From an uncultured Clostridia bacterium (lineage in GTDB: Bacteria > Bacillota > Clostridia > Saccharofermentanales > Saccharofermentanaceae), in contig CAJOLL010000006.1 in NCBI GenBank assembly GCA_905235455.1, forward strand, positions 31,835 through 55,834: a DNA stretch of 24,000 nucleotides, in the 5' to 3' direction. Shown here piece by piece: positions 21,765-24,000 of this stretch. Within the stretch, counting starts at the first letter, position 1. Each line of letters opens with the position of its first letter. Position numbers and translations under genes: made by a program. The notes beneath the pieces were generated by a model. That model had not been told where the DNA came from and ran no database searches. It was given only the letters and a program-made list of their open reading frames with translations.

Positions 21765-23510
21765 ATGAGCGGAAAAAGCACTGTTAAAAATCCGACTGCG
21801 GCTGCATCCGGCAATTCCTTCTCACGGCCGTTTCTCTGTGGTTCGTTTTGCCTGATTCTCTGGGCCGGCATTTTTATATTGACGAACATCTATGAGATCA
21901 ATCCCCTCGGATACGGTCTTGGGGAACTGTCCGCATTGAAGGTCTTCCGCGCCCGGATCCTGCGTGCGGATTTCGGGAGCTATACCTTTGATGACGGCAT
22001 GGGCACGAGCATTTTCCGCATTTATCTGAAGGGTTTCGGAGGCATACTTACATACCCGGCATCGCTTCTCCCGGGATCCGTCCACCCGCAGGCACTGGTC
22101 GTCCTCGACGCTCTTCGTCTGGCTCTTTCGGGTGCGTTCTTTTCACATCTGATCACCGTCTTCCGAAAAGATAATGACAGAAAAGTCCTCTCTTTCCTCC
22201 TTTCCGGAGTCCTTTATTCCGGAACCTGTTTTCTTCTGTGTCTTCTTCTCCGGTTCCCGGTCGCCGATACGTTTTTCTTTTTCCCGCTCGTGCTTCTCTG
22301 TCTTTTGAAGCGCCACAGGAATAAAGAAACAAGTCTTTCTCTGCTCTTTGTTTTCTGCCTGGTTTTCTGCCTGACCGCAAGTGCCGCTTGGAATCTGATC
22401 GTGCTTCCTCTTTTATTTATGTTTTTCCTCTTTACGAGAAGCTCCGGGATCTTCGGAAAGACATCCCTTCAGGCCCTTCTGTCCTTAGGTCTCTGTTCTT
22501 TTTTCCTGCTCCCGCAGTTTCTTCAAACTCCCTTCGCCGTTAACGGCGAGCCTTCTTCCGCTTTCCTGCGGGAATTGGGCAACGATACGAATAAATACCG
22601 GACCGATGTGACTTATTCCTGTGAGGCGATGGAGCTTCTGCTTCACACGTCCCCCTCGCTTTTTGTCGTCGCGCGTCAAAGCACTTCCTCTTCCGGAGAG
22701 CTCTCTGCCGAAGACCCCGCCAATGCAGTACTCCCGGTCGGAAACGCCTCTTCTTATCCTTCTCTTTTCGAGTTTTATAACGTGTGGTTCTATACCCTCT
22801 GGCCGTCTCTTTCGATCACACCGTTTCAGGAAACACCGGCAGCAAGTCCCGTTCATCTGGACACGCAGACTTTTACCTGTACGATGTCCACGCTGTTTAT
22901 GGATCCTTTATACTGTGCCCTGACCACGCCGTCCAGAAGCCATGCGGTCGATGTTTATGTCGACGGACGCTACATCACGACGGTTTCCGAAAACAAAAAG
23001 ACCGTCCTTATTAACCTCGGCTCGTACAACGTCGGTCAGACACTTACCTTGAAGTTCGTCTCCCCGAGCTCCGGAGACCTCGTAAATGCTTCCGTCAAAT
23101 TCGGATATCTGAATTCCTTTAACTGGAGCCGATATACGCAAGCCGCAAACTTCGGGGTCACTTCCATGGAAAAAGATGCCGACGGAATCACGGCAGAAGG
23201 GCTCGTTGCTTACGATTCGACACTTCTTTCGAATATCCCTTACGAAAAGGGCTGGTCCCTCTATTTAAACGGTGAAAAAGTGCCGGTGCGCGCCTACCGC
23301 GATGCCTGGCTCTGCGCAGATGTTTCTTCCGGAAATTACGTGATCCACCTGCACTATACTGCACCGGGAAGTGCAGCAGGCGGATGGATCAGCGGTCTTT
23401 CGTTTATTCTTCTGGCAGTGCTTTACGCTCGCGGAAAGAATCACTCTTCCTCATCATCGGAAGATCCGGACACCACATCGAGCTCCGGCGCATCTTCCAA
23501 GAGCTTATAG
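21765..23510 (+). CDS. YfhO-like polytopic membrane protein (putative glycosyltransferase-type)
   Basis: The track ORF starts at 21648. The ATG at 21765 follows GAAAGGGA and is preferred. Multiple hydrophobic segments. The C-terminal EKGWSLYLNGEKVPVRAYRDAWLCADVSSGNYVIHLHYTAPG, followed by a final TM helix, is typical of the YfhO family (recalled). It is shorter than the YfhO proteins I remember. Confidence 0.6.
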   Translation: MSGKSTVKNPTAAASGNSFSRPFLCGSFCLILWAGIFILTNIYEINPLGYGLGELSALKVFRARILRADFGSYTFDDGMGTSIFRIYLKGFGGILTYPASLLPGSVHPQALVVLDALRLALSGAFFSHLITVFRKDNDRKVLSFLLSGVLYSGTCFLLCLLLRFPVADTFFFFPLVLLCLLKRHRNKETSLSLLFVFCLVFCLTASAAWNLIVLPLLFMFFLFTRSSGIFGKTSLQALLSLGLCSFFLLPQFLQTPFAVNGEPSSAFLRELGNDTNKYRTDVTYSCEAMELLLHTSPSLFVVARQSTSSSGELSAEDPANAVLPVGNASSYPSLFEFYNVWFYTLWPSLSITPFQETPAASPVHLDTQTFTCTMSTLFMDPLYCALTTPSRSHAVDVYVDGRYITTVSENKKTVLINLGSYNVGQTLTLKFVSPSSGDLVNASVKFGYLNSFNWSRYTQAANFGVTSMEKDADGITAEGLVAYDSTLLSNIPYEKGWSLYLNGEKVPVRAYRDAWLCADVSSGNYVIHLHYTAPGSAAGGWISGLSFILLAVLYARGKNHSSSSSEDPDTTSSSGASSKSL

Positions 23511-24000
23511 AACAGACCCTGATTCTGGATCTCTTTGAGGAACGGAAGCGGGTCGAATTCAGAGACCATGTGCACACCGGGTGTCATCCAGGGACCGAGT
23601 GAAAGCATGACCGCACCGGAGACAAGCGCCGCGGCGCCCATGAAATCCGTAGCAGAAGCACCGTATTTTTCGAAACATTCCTGATGGTCTGTCAGGGTGT
23701 AGATCAGGCACTGTTTGCCGACACCTTCTTTACTTCCGTGGATCAGCATGCCGACACCGGTCTTGCCTCGTGCCGTAGCGACCAAGTCTTCCTGCTGCGG
23801 CATGACTTCCGACAGGAAATCCAGCGGGGCGATCTGCTGTCCGTCGATATCGACGGGAGTCGTACTGGTCATACCCACCTCACGGAGGATCTTGACCATG
23901 GACAGGAACGGACGCTTAAACGCCGAGAAATAACGGATCATCGATGCGTCCGGCACTTCTCCGGAAAGCGCGTCGATCACTTCATGGTCGACCATATAGA
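23441..24000 (-). CDS. saccharopine dehydrogenase-family protein, C-terminal part (gene continues beyond the right edge)
   Basis: The frame stays open to the window end. IAPLDFLSEVMP...GKTGVGMLIHGSKEG...YGASATDFMGAAALVSGAVML...GVHMVSEFDPLPFL resembles the Sacchrp_dh C-terminal domain (carboxynorspermidine / lysine dehydrogenase type). Recalled, not searched. Confidence 0.5.
   Translation of the reverse strand, partial: YMVDHEVIDALSGEVPDASMIRYFSAFKRPFLSMVKILREVGMTSTTPVDIDGQQIAPLDFLSEVMPQQEDLVATARGKTGVGMLIHGSKEGVGKQCLIYTLTDHQECFEKYGASATDFMGAAALVSGAVMLSLGPWMTPGVHMVSEFDPLPFLKEIQNQGLFYKLLEDAPELDVVSGSSDDEEE

Noticed and set aside
1-24000. CRISPR arrays, tRNA/rRNA genes, IS elements with terminal inverted repeats, toxin-antitoxin pairs
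   Set aside because: I found no regularly spaced 25-40-bp repeats, no cloverleaf-like or rRNA-like segments in the intergenic regions, and no transposase-like ORF. There is no small two-gene cassette apart from xis/int and mobC-like/AAA_25, which are explained by element functions.

Overview
The window is a chromosomal segment from a Firmicute, probably Clostridia-like (inferred from gene content and Shine-Dalgarno usage, not searched). A roughly 15.7-kb integrative mobilizable element (IME) is inserted into the last codons of guaA.

Element boundaries: a 13-bp direct repeat, TTATTCAAGCTCG, occurs at 912..924 and 16645..16657. This repeat is the guaA 3' end including its stop codon. The native guaA terminator hairpin (874..898) is left stranded about 15.7 kb from the gene.

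Mobility and regulation module (11.6-16.6 kb): XRE-type regulator; divergent xis/int (excisionase plus tyrosine integrase with an AP2-like arm-binding N-terminus); MobC-like RHH protein; AAA_25/RepA-like ATPase; MobV (Mob/Pre) relaxase. It also has a four-operator switch, arm-type repeats and a hairpin/iteron-rich candidate oriT.

Cargo (1.05-11.5 kb): one tightly packed, same-strand, seven-gene defence operon. The order is fic, hsdM, mrr-like, hsdS, SieB-like 2-TM protein, hsdR, OLD-family ATPase-Toprim nuclease. This is a Type I R-M system with four non-R-M genes interleaved or appended. I consider it the most interesting candidate for an uncharacterised, R-M-coupled (guard-type) defence arrangement.

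Flanks:
- Left flank: an unknown 181-aa protein and the start of a HIT-like gene.
- Right flank, apparently ordinary housekeeping: guaA, a DUF2809-like/HExxH membrane protein, uppP, a CNNM/CorC-HlyC transporter, a YfhO-like membrane protein, and the C-terminal part of a saccharopine-dehydrogenase-family gene.

No rRNA, tRNA or CRISPR array was seen.

Limits: all family calls come from motifs read in the supplied translations and from memory of the families. No database search was possible. Hand-located motif coordinates may be off by 1-2 nt.
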